In this document: positions 9,414 to 16,676 of the stretch, piece after piece
How the letters are laid out: every line of letters starts with the position of its first letter
Numbering within the stretch: the stretch's first letter is position 1
Assembly (NCBI GenBank): GCA_030040575.1
Contig: JASHTK010000109.1
Location: forward strand, 1-49,018
Direction of reading: 5' to 3'
Source: Gammaproteobacteria bacterium
GTDB lineage: Bacteria; Pseudomonadota; Gammaproteobacteria; Steroidobacterales; Steroidobacteraceae
Length of the DNA stretch: 49,018 nt
The notes under the pieces: generated by a model
The model's input: only the letters and a program-made list of their open reading frames with translations
Databases searched by the model: none
Told to the model about the DNA's origin: nothing
Position numbers and translations under genes: made by a program

Positions 9414-9455
9414 CCGCCACCCGCCACCTGCCACCCGCCACCCGGCACAGGGCAC
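9414..9455. repeat. Six tandem 7-mers (CCGCCAC, CCGCCAC, CTGCCAC, CCGCCAC, CCGGCAC, AGGGCAC)
   Basis: Read directly from the sequence in the 9243-9588 intergenic region. The heptamer periodicity decays toward the 3' end. Function is unknown. Confidence 0.6.
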
Positions 9456-9588
9456 CCTGACGCAGGCGCAGCGTGCACCGCAACACGGCGGCCGGTCACA
9501 GGATCGTCACGGAACGGATACATACGGGCCGGAACATTCCCGCGGGTGGTTGCCGCGCAGGGTCCGGGCGCGGGAGGACTCATCAATC

Positions 9589-10548
9589 ATGAAGCTTGCG
9601 CGCGCATGGCCGGTGGTGCTGGCGCTGGTCCTCGCCAGGACGGCCGCAGCGCAGATCCCTGGCCCGTCGAACGACTACAACGTCTTTATCTTCGGCACCG
9701 GCACCTTTACCGGTTTGGATGACGAGACGATCGGCAACCTCGCGGCGGGCGGGGCCGTCACGCTCACGAGCTACTCGATCGCCACCGGAATCGAGGGCAA
9801 CGGCTCCACCTCGATGTCGAGTCCCGATCCCGCGCGGCTCGTCGTCGGCGGAGCGCTCACGACGAACAACGGCGGTGAGGTGGGGGATAACGGCACCGGC
9901 ACGATCTATTACGGCACCATCGCGCCCACGTACAACAACGGCGGGTTCACTTCCGGCACCACCCCGGTGCCCAATCAAACGCTCGTGAACTTTGCCGCGA
10001 GCCAGACCTACTACACCAACTATTCGCAGCAGCTCGGAGCGCTCTCCGGCACCAACCTCACTTTATCGGGCAGCACCTCGCTCGATCTGAGCGGGCTGCA
10101 AAGCGGCCTGAATGTCGTCAACATCCAGGACGGGAGCACGGGGCTCAACCTGTCGAGCATCGAGATCAACGGTGCGACGAACGCGACGGTGCTGATCAAC
10201 ATCCTCGGCAGCGGGCCCGTGACCTTCATGTACCTCGGACAATCGGGCAGTCTCGACAGCGGGGCCGACGTGCTCTTTAACTTCGTCACGGCGACGTCGG
10301 TGAATGTGGAGGGCACCTTGAGTGCCTCGATTCTCGCGCCCTACGCCGGTGTGACGGCCGAGAACGGGGACATCAACGGGCAGCTCATTGCCGATTCGTT
10401 CTCGGGCAGCGAGGAATTCACCAACGTCGCCTTCGCAGGCACCCTGCCTGCGCCCGTGCCTTTGCCGGGGAGCGTCTTGCTGTTCGTGTCGGGACTGCTC
10501 GGCGCGGCAGTGATCCTGCGGCGGCGTCCGGCCACCCTGAGCGGCTGA
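9589..10548 (+). CDS. Secreted choice-of-anchor-A family protein with PEP-CTERM-type sorting signal
   Basis: GGGAGGA lies about 10 nt upstream of ATG 9589. The signal peptide is MKLARAWPVVLALVLARTAAAQ. Choice-of-anchor-A-type motifs are YNVFIFGTGTFTG, NLAAGGAVTL, VLINILGSGPV, VLFNFVTAT, ILAPYAGV and INGQLIADSF. The C-terminus VPLPGSVLLFVSGLLGAAVILRRRP has the motif, TM helix and basic tail of PEP-CTERM. Confidence 0.8.
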   Translation: MKLARAWPVVLALVLARTAAAQIPGPSNDYNVFIFGTGTFTGLDDETIGNLAAGGAVTLTSYSIATGIEGNGSTSMSSPDPARLVVGGALTTNNGGEVGDNGTGTIYYGTIAPTYNNGGFTSGTTPVPNQTLVNFAASQTYYTNYSQQLGALSGTNLTLSGSTSLDLSGLQSGLNVVNIQDGSTGLNLSSIEINGATNATVLINILGSGPVTFMYLGQSGSLDSGADVLFNFVTATSVNVEGTLSASILAPYAGVTAENGDINGQLIADSFSGSEEFTNVAFAGTLPAPVPLPGSVLLFVSGLLGAAVILRRRPATLSG

Positions 10549-10584
10549 GCGCGCTCCTCGGCCGCCGCCCTCGCGCGGCTCCTC

Positions 10585-11379
10585 TCAATTGACGTACTCG
10601 CCGAGGAAGTGGATGGTGCGTTGCCACGCATCGGCCGCCGCGGCGCTGTCGGCCGCACCGGTATCGCGGTCAAAGCGATGCCCCGCGCCATCGTAGAGCT
10701 GGATCTCGCAAGGACTGCCCGCTGAGCGGACGATGGCCGCAAGATGTCTGGCGGCCCCGACGGGGACCGTCGAGTCGTCCGTGCCATGCAGGATCAGCAC
10801 CGGAGAGCTCTCCTTACCGAAGAGGGAACGGAAGCGGGCCTGGTCCCGATCGGTGCCGGCACCCGACAGGGCGCCGTAGTAGCTGATGCCGGCCTGGACC
10901 TTCCCGGTTGCCGCGAGCCACACGGCGAAGTAGCCGCCGCTCGAGAAGCCAAGGGCCGCGATTCGTCGTCCGCCGACCTTCGATTCGTGCGACAGCGTGT
11001 CGAGCGCGGCGAGGAAGTCCGCGTAGATCGCCTCGGCGTCGCTCGTGAAGGCGCGCGCGCGCGTTCTCGCGCTGATCTGATAGGCGTCGAGGAACGCCGG
11101 CACGAGCACCACGTAGCCCGCGTGCGCTAGGCGCTCGGCGAAGGCGAGATCGGCCGGCTCCAGGCCTCCGCTCGTATGCAGCAGCAACACGCCTGGATAC
11201 GGTCCCCGGCCGTCGGGCGTCACGAGAGTCGCCGACATGCTCTGGCGCACTCCGACCTTGAGGGCCCGTTCCGCGGAGTGGACATCCGCGCCGATCAGGC
11301 CGAGAGCGCACAGCAGTGCTGCACCCACCGCCGCTGGGGCACGCGCTCGAAGGGCGGAACGCCGCATGCGATCCCTCAA
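10585..11379 (-). CDS. Secreted alpha/beta hydrolase, dienelactone hydrolase family
   Basis: It has an N-terminal signal sequence. Family motifs are GVLLLHTSGG, the nucleophile elbow GFSSGG, ILHGTDDSTVP and GAGHRF. Confidence 0.85.
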   Translation of the reverse strand: MRDRMRRSALRARAPAAVGAALLCALGLIGADVHSAERALKVGVRQSMSATLVTPDGRGPYPGVLLLHTSGGLEPADLAFAERLAHAGYVVLVPAFLDAYQISARTRARAFTSDAEAIYADFLAALDTLSHESKVGGRRIAALGFSSGGYFAVWLAATGKVQAGISYYGALSGAGTDRDQARFRSLFGKESSPVLILHGTDDSTVPVGAARHLAAIVRSAGSPCEIQLYDGAGHRFDRDTGAADSAAAADAWQRTIHFLGEYVN

Positions 11380-11435
11380 GTCTTGCCGCTGCCTGTCGCC
11401 GAGGGGGCCGACGCCGAAGAGGCCATTTCTCGCGG

Positions 11436-11454
11436 AATTGTAATTGATAATAAT
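11436..11454. promoter_or_regulatory. AT-rich island (AATTGTAATTGATAATAAT) in a divergent intergenic region; candidate promoter/operator
   Basis: These 19 nt contain only two G and no C, within an otherwise very GC-rich region. The island sits between the divergently transcribed hydrolase (start 11379) and sensor gene (start 11557). It contains a TGATAATAAT extended -10-like string. No transcription start-site evidence is available. Confidence 0.25.
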
Positions 11455-11556
11455 CCCGCATCCGTGACGTGCAAGCCCCGGGCGGGGATCCTACCGCGTG
11501 CGGGACAACTCTGGCACACTGCATCCGGTCATCTTCGGGGGGCCGGCTGCAAGGCG

Positions 11557-12423
11557 ATGAAGCTCATCGTCCGACTCAATCTCGTGCTGATCCCGGTCCT
11601 CGCGGCCGCCGCGCTCGTCGCCGGCGAGATCGGCTCGCACTTGCTCGAGCTCGATGCCCGCAACGGGGCGCTGCGCGAGGCCGGCCTCATGATGGACGCC
11701 GCGCTCACCGCCCGCGGCTACACCACCGAGCAGATCGTCCCGCTGCTCAAGGAGGGCATGAAGCAGGCCTTCCTGCCGCAGAGCATCCCCTCGTACGCGG
11801 CGACCGAGCAGTTCCTCGGCCTGCGCGCCCGGCACCCGGAGTACGCGTACAAGGAAGCGACGCTCAACCCGACCAATCCGCGGGATCGGGCGACGGACTG
11901 GGAAGCGGACATCATCCAGCGGTTCCGCAACGATCCGGGAACGACCGAGATCGTGGGCGAGCGCGAGACGCCCCTCGGCAGCTCCCTGTATCGGGCCCGG
12001 CCGATCCGGGCAGACGCCCCGTGCCTCGAATGCCACAGCGTGCCCTCGGCCGCGCCGGCGACCATGCTCGCGCGCTACGGCACCGACAACGGGTTTGGCT
12101 GGCAGCCGCAGGAGATCGTGGGCGCCCAGATCGTCTCGGTGCCCCTTGCGAGCGCGACGGCGAGCGCACGCGAGGCGTTCCGGGGAGTGATGGAGCTGGT
12201 CGCAGGCGCCCTTCTCGCGGTCCTCATCGCCGTCAACATCATGGTGCACGGGCTGGTCGCGAGGCCGCTCGAGCGCATGGCCGCGGCGGCCGATGCGGTG
12301 AGCCTCGGCAACACCTCGACGCCCATCCCCTCGGGCGGCAGCGCCGAGATGCGGGCGCTCGCCCGCGCATTCGACCGGCTGCGCGTCAGCATGGAGAAGG
12401 CGCTGAAGCTCCTGGACAGTTAA
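11557..12423 (+). CDS. Membrane sensor: Tll0287-like (DUF3365) c-type haem domain + HAMP, no output domain
   Basis: Starts at ATG 11557. TM1 is MKLIVRLNLVLIPVLAAAALVAG. The periplasmic domain carries the haem-c motif CLECH (APCLECHSVPSAAP). TM2 is LVAGALLAVLIAVNIMV. The HAMP domain reads ARPLERMAAAADAVSLGN...EMRALARAFDRLRVSMEKAL. The ORF ends (TAA 12421-12423) a few codons after HAMP. Confidence 0.8.
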   Translation: MKLIVRLNLVLIPVLAAAALVAGEIGSHLLELDARNGALREAGLMMDAALTARGYTTEQIVPLLKEGMKQAFLPQSIPSYAATEQFLGLRARHPEYAYKEATLNPTNPRDRATDWEADIIQRFRNDPGTTEIVGERETPLGSSLYRARPIRADAPCLECHSVPSAAPATMLARYGTDNGFGWQPQEIVGAQIVSVPLASATASAREAFRGVMELVAGALLAVLIAVNIMVHGLVARPLERMAAAADAVSLGNTSTPIPSGGSAEMRALARAFDRLRVSMEKALKLLDS

Positions 12424-12427
12424 GACC

Positions 12428-13096
12428 GTGCCGCACCAGGTGTTCGTCAGCTACTCCCAGCCCGACCGGATCTGCGCGATCGAGCTCGTCGCGCGCCTCG
12501 AGGCGCACGGCTTCGGCGTGTGGGTCGCGCCCCGCGACGTGGTGCCGGCGTCGGATTGGGCTGCCTCGATCATCACCGCGATCGGCAACGCGCGCCTGAT
12601 GGTCCTCGTGTTCTCCGGGCACTGCAACGAGTCCCCGCACGTGCGTCGCGAGGTCGAGTGCGCGGTGCACCGGCAACTGCCGATCCTCCCGTTCCGCATC
12701 GAGGACGTGCCGCCCTCGAGCAGCCTCGAGTACTTCCTCGGCACGCAGCACTGGATGGACGCGTTCGCGCTGCCGCGCGAGTCGCACTATGAGCGGCTGT
12801 GCGCGCACGTCGGCGCGCTGCTCGGGCGGGTGGCGGCGCCCGCCGTGAATCCTCCCCCGCCTGTCGCGGCCCCCTCGGAACGCGCGCCGGACGAGCGGGC
12901 ACTGCAGCACCTGACCCGCGAGCTCGCCCGGCACGTGGGACCGGTGGCCCAGCACTTGGTCGGGCGCGCCGCGAAGTCCACCGGGAGCTGGGAGCAACTG
13001 TGCCGGCGGCTGGCCGAGGAGATCGGACCGGAGGCGGACCGGCAGCGATTCATCGACGCCTGCCGCCTGCCGCCGCGACCGGAAGGCCGAGAGTGA
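12428..13096 (+). CDS. TIR-domain protein with uncharacterised C-terminal extension
   Basis: GTG 12428 lies 4 nt after the upstream stop. TIR_2-type pattern: VFVSYSQPD, GFGVWVAPRD, ARLMVLVFSGHCNESPHVRREVECA (candidate catalytic Glu), LPILPFRIEDV and TQHWMDAF. A ~90-aa tail carries ELARHVGPVAQHLVGRAA. Confidence 0.85.
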   Translation: MPHQVFVSYSQPDRICAIELVARLEAHGFGVWVAPRDVVPASDWAASIITAIGNARLMVLVFSGHCNESPHVRREVECAVHRQLPILPFRIEDVPPSSSLEYFLGTQHWMDAFALPRESHYERLCAHVGALLGRVAAPAVNPPPPVAAPSERAPDERALQHLTRELARHVGPVAQHLVGRAAKSTGSWEQLCRRLAEEIGPEADRQRFIDACRLPPRPEGRE

Positions 13097-13260
13097 GGCG
13101 GTGCATGAGGGTCGCGTGAGGATGTACCGCTAGCCGCTTGCAAACGCTGAGAATTCCGCGGCTCGAGCGCCGGGGTCTCGCGAGCGGCTGGCGCGGGGTG
13201 GCCCGGCCGGCGGCCTTGCAGCGAGCGCCGGCCGAAATGGGCCGAATCGGCCGTATTTCG

Positions 13261-13291
13261 TTCCGATCTGCCGCCCAAATGTGGTTAGAAT
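13261..13291 (+). promoter_or_regulatory. Possible sigma70-type promoter for the phosphonate operon (TTCCGA - 19 nt - TAGAAT)
   Basis: TAGAAT at 13286-13291 is preceded by TGGT, and TTCCGA lies at 13261-13266. The spacer is long and the -35 match is poor. It sits about 45 nt upstream of ATG 13337. Confidence 0.2.
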
Positions 13292-13336
13292 GACAGCCGA
13301 TTAGCGTACGGGCGGGCTCCTTTCGCATCGACCGGT

Positions 13337-14026
13337 ATGTCGAAGTCTGCTGACTTCTCCTCCGCGAGCCTCGCTGCCCGACCCTGGGACGCTCGGCTCG
13401 CGCGCCGGATCGTGGCGCCGCTCAAGGAGGGCCCCGTCACGCCGAATCACGTGACGACCGCCCGATTGGTGCTCGGGCTCGCCGGTGCGGCCGCCTTTAC
13501 CTGCGGAACGTATGGCTGGTCGAACCTCGCCGCGCTGCTTTATGTGGTCTCGAACTTCCTCGATCATGCCGACGGCGAGCTCGCCCGCCTGAGCGGCCAG
13601 TCCACCCGGATCGGCCACGTATACGACCTCGCGAGCGACGCCGCCGTGACGATCCTGCTGTTCCTCGCGATGGGGGTCGGGGTGGGCGCCGCGCCCGGGC
13701 CGGGACTCGCCCTGCCGGTGCCGCCGGCCGCGCTCGGTGCGATCGCCGGGACCGCCGTCGCGCTCATCTTCTTCCTTCGCATGCGCATCGAGGAGCTGGC
13801 CGGCAAGGTGGCGAGCCGCCAGGGCTCGTTCGGCGGCTTCGAGACCGAGGACATTCTGTACCTGCTTCCGGTCGTGACCGTGTGCAATGCGGTCACGCCG
13901 TACCTGATCGCCGCCTCGATCGGCGCTCCGCTCTTCGCCGTGTGGGTCGTGATCGACTACCGCCGCGTGATGCGCCGCGCGAAGCCGGCGGTGGCCGACT
14001 CCACCTCCGGGACGGGCCTCGCCTGA
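13337..14026 (+). CDS. CDP-alcohol phosphatidyltransferase family membrane protein
   Basis: It carries the signature D-x2-D-G-x2-A-R-x8-G-x3-D-x3-D as DHADGELARLSGQSTRIGHVYDLASD. Multiple hydrophobic helices are present. Confidence 0.85.
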   Translation: MSKSADFSSASLAARPWDARLARRIVAPLKEGPVTPNHVTTARLVLGLAGAAAFTCGTYGWSNLAALLYVVSNFLDHADGELARLSGQSTRIGHVYDLASDAAVTILLFLAMGVGVGAAPGPGLALPVPPAALGAIAGTAVALIFFLRMRIEELAGKVASRQGSFGGFETEDILYLLPVVTVCNAVTPYLIAASIGAPLFAVWVVIDYRRVMRRAKPAVADSTSGTGLA

Positions 14027-14109
14027 TCGCCCTGCCCGCGAGCTCGGCGCGCGAGCGCGGATCCCGGGCGGCAGGCGGATCCGATTCGCGGCCCGACGCC
14101 GATCGAGCG

Positions 14110-14823
14110 ATGACGGAGCGGCTGCGGGGCCTCGACACCCGAGCGCTGCGCCGGGACTTCGCGCGGCAGGGCGCGTTCCTCTACCTGCCTCAGTTCCTCG
14201 GGCGGGAGACCGTGGCGCAGCTCGCCTGCGCCGTCGAGGCCCTGCGCGACTCGGTCAACCGCAACTACCTGCCCGGTCACAAGCAAGGCGGCAGCGTGAG
14301 CCGCCACACGATTGACGAGCTCGCGCCCTTCGTCGCGGATCTGTACCGCTCATCCGCCCTCATCGAATGGCTGGGACAGGTCTCGGGCGAGCGCCTCGAG
14401 CCCTCGCCGCCCGAGGACCCGCACGCCTACGCCTTCTACTTCTACACGCGGCCGGGCGACCACATCGGCTGGCACTACGACACCTCCTACTACGCGGGCC
14501 GCCGCTACACGCTGCTCTTCGGCATCCTCGATGAGTCCTCATGCCGCCTCGACTACGAGCTGCACACGCGCGAGCGCGGCGTCGCGCCCGTCGCCGGCTC
14601 CCTGCAGATCCCGCCGGGGGGCCTCGTCTTCTTCGACGGAGACGCCCTGCGCCACCGTATCACGCCGCTCGGGCGCGGGGAGTCGCGCGTATCGCTCACC
14701 TTTGAGTACCTGACCGATCCGCGCATGCCCCTCGGGTGGCGGGTGATCTCGAACTTGAAGGACGCGCTCGGATACTTCGGGTTTCGCCAGGTGTTTCGCC
14801 GCGGCCGGCGAGGCGCGCCATGA
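14110..14823 (+). CDS. 2-oxoglutarate/Fe(II)-dependent oxygenase superfamily protein
   Basis: Starts at ATG 14110; the frame is open from 13882, but that start would overlap the upstream gene. Candidate HxD...H triad residues are GWHYDTSYY and ALRHRITPL, followed by RVSLTFEY. The subfamily is not recognised. Confidence 0.65.
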   Translation: MTERLRGLDTRALRRDFARQGAFLYLPQFLGRETVAQLACAVEALRDSVNRNYLPGHKQGGSVSRHTIDELAPFVADLYRSSALIEWLGQVSGERLEPSPPEDPHAYAFYFYTRPGDHIGWHYDTSYYAGRRYTLLFGILDESSCRLDYELHTRERGVAPVAGSLQIPPGGLVFFDGDALRHRITPLGRGESRVSLTFEYLTDPRMPLGWRVISNLKDALGYFGFRQVFRRGRRGAP

Positions 14824-15833
14824 GGCGGCCTGCGATCTGGCTGCTCACGGCCGGCGCATTGCTCTTTGCGGGCGTGCTGATCTCGCAGGGCCTCGGCCCG
14901 GTGTTCGCGACGCTCGCGACCGCGGGCTGGGGCCTGCTCCTCGTCGCCCTGTTTCACGTGCTGCCGCTCTCGCTCGATGCCGTGGCGATCCGCGTGCTGT
15001 TCGATGCGGCGACCGCGCGCGGCTCCGCGCGCGACGCCCTGCTCGCCCGCTGGATGGGCGAGTCCGCGAACAGCCTGATGCCCGTCGGGCAGGTGGCAGG
15101 ACCGGTGGTGATGGCCCGCTGCCTCTCTCACCGCGGGATGCCGATGCAGGACGCCGTCGCCGCGGTCACGGTGAGCACGACCTTGCAGGGACTCGCGCAG
15201 GTGATCTTTGCCCTCATCGGCCTCGCGCTCCTCGCGGCGCAGGCGGGCGCGGCTCCTCACGCCGCTCACTCGCCGCGGCTTGGCTCCTTCCTGCTCATCG
15301 CCGGCGTCGTGCTCGCGGTGCCGGTGGTGCTGTTCTACCTCGTTCAGCGCCGCGGCCTCTTCGGCCGGTCGATGCGCGCCATCGCTCGGCTCTGGGGCAC
15401 GCGCGACTGGTCGCGGCTCACGGGCCACGCCGAGGCGATCGACCGCGCCGTGGAGCGCACGTACATGCGGGGCGGACGGACGCTCGCGAGCTTCGTGCTG
15501 AGCCTCGTGGGCTGGCTCATCGGCACCGGGGAGGTGTATCTCATCCTGCAGTTGATCGGCTCGCCCGTCGGATGGGCCGATGCCCTGGTGCTCGAGAGCC
15601 TCGGGCAGGCGGTGCGCGGCGCGGCGTTCGCCGTTCCGGGGGCGCTCGGCGTGCAGGAAGGCGGTTACCTGCTGCTCGCCCCATTGATGGGGCTGCAGGC
15701 GGACGCCGCCCTGGCCCTCTCGCTCGCCAAGCGCGCGCGGGAGATTCTGCTCGGCTTGCCCGGGCTGCTGTCGTTGTACCTCACCGAGCGGGTCCGGCGC
15801 CGCCGCATCGCCTGCGCGGCCGCCGGAGACTGA
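14820..15833 (+). CDS. Flippase-like integral membrane protein (UPF0104 / lysyl-phosphatidylglycerol synthase TM-domain family)
   Basis: ATG 14820 lies in an ATGA overlap with the upstream stop. The protein is polytopic and hydrophobic. Family-like loops are SLMPVGQVAGPVV and AVPGALGVQEGGYLL. Confidence 0.7.
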   Translation: MRRPAIWLLTAGALLFAGVLISQGLGPVFATLATAGWGLLLVALFHVLPLSLDAVAIRVLFDAATARGSARDALLARWMGESANSLMPVGQVAGPVVMARCLSHRGMPMQDAVAAVTVSTTLQGLAQVIFALIGLALLAAQAGAAPHAAHSPRLGSFLLIAGVVLAVPVVLFYLVQRRGLFGRSMRAIARLWGTRDWSRLTGHAEAIDRAVERTYMRGGRTLASFVLSLVGWLIGTGEVYLILQLIGSPVGWADALVLESLGQAVRGAAFAVPGALGVQEGGYLLLAPLMGLQADAALALSLAKRAREILLGLPGLLSLYLTERVRRRRIACAAAGD

Positions 15834-15924
15834 GGACGAGCCGGCCCGCGGGTCCCGGGGGCCGATGAGGCGGCGCGCCGCGCATTTTTGTATAGTCCGA
15901 AGCCCGGGCGTTCCAGAGGGTCTC

Positions 15925-16668
15925 ATGCGCGCCATCATTCTCGCGGCGGGCCGCGGCTCGCGCCTCAAGCAAGCCGCGGACCGGCAACGGCCCAAGTGCC
16001 TGCTGCAGTTCGGTGGCAAGAGCCTGCTCGAGCGGCACTTGCTGCTCCTCAGGAAGGCAGGCGTCGCGGAGGTCGTTCTCGCGCTCGGCTTTCGCCATGA
16101 GCTGATCGAGGCCGAGCTCGACCGGCTCGGCTGGCGGCCACGCCCGCAGATCGTGTTGAACGCGCGATTCGAGCTCGGCAGCCTCCTCACGGTCCACACG
16201 GCCGCCGAGCCGCTGACGCGCGGCGGCGAGGTTCTGCTCATGGACGCCGACGTGCTCTACCACGAGCGCGTGATGGATGCGCTCGCCGCCGGGGACCGGC
16301 CCGCGAACCGGCTCCTCATCGACCGTGAGTTCGAGCCCGGCGAGGAGCCCGTCAAGCTCTGCGTGCGCGACGGCGTGCCGGTCGAGCTCGCCAAGCAGCT
16401 TCCCCCCGATCTGCGCTACGACACCATCGGCGAGTCGGTCGGCTTCTTCCGGTTCGCGGAGGCGGAGGCGCGACGGCTCGCGGCGCTCGTCGACGGCTAC
16501 GTCGCGGCGGGGCGGGCCCACCTGCCGCACGAGGAGGCGGTGCGCGATCTGCTGAAGGAGCGCGGCCGGGCCTTCGAGGTCGCCGACGTGACGGGGCTGC
16601 CCTGGATCGAGATCGATTTCCCGAACGACGTGGCGCGCGCGGCGAGCGAGGTTCTGCCCCAACTGTAG
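15925..16668 (+). CDS. Nucleotidyltransferase (LicC/sugar-phosphate nucleotidyltransferase-like)
   Basis: ATG 15925 begins [14 protein letters not shown] (nucleotide-binding loop), followed by [14 protein letters not shown]. The listed start at 15865 adds a non-homologous-looking leader. Confidence 0.8.
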   Translation: MRAIILAAGRGSRLKQAADRQRPKCLLQFGGKSLLERHLLLLRKAGVAEVVLALGFRHELIEAELDRLGWRPRPQIVLNARFELGSLLTVHTAAEPLTRGGEVLLMDADVLYHERVMDALAAGDRPANRLLIDREFEPGEEPVKLCVRDGVPVELAKQLPPDLRYDTIGESVGFFRFAEAEARRLAALVDGYVAAGRAHLPHEEAVRDLLKERGRAFEVADVTGLPWIEIDFPNDVARAASEVLPQL

Positions 16669-16676
16669 TCGCCCTC

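Noticed and set aside
9414-9455. Tandem heptamers considered as a CRISPR or minisatellite
   Set aside because: The units are only 7 nt with no spacers, and the tract is 42 nt in total. It is far too short and simple for CRISPR, so it is reported only as a short tandem repeat.
9456-9588. Search for a sigma54 (TGGCAC-N5-TTGC) promoter upstream of the PEP-CTERM gene
   Set aside because: GGCAC strings occur inside the heptamer tract, but none has a TTGC element at the required spacing.
11469-12599. 376-aa alternative-frame ORF over the sensor and TIR genes
   Set aside because: Its Arg/Pro/Gly-rich translation has no motifs. The frame-1 sensor (CLECH, HAMP) and the TIR frame explain the region.
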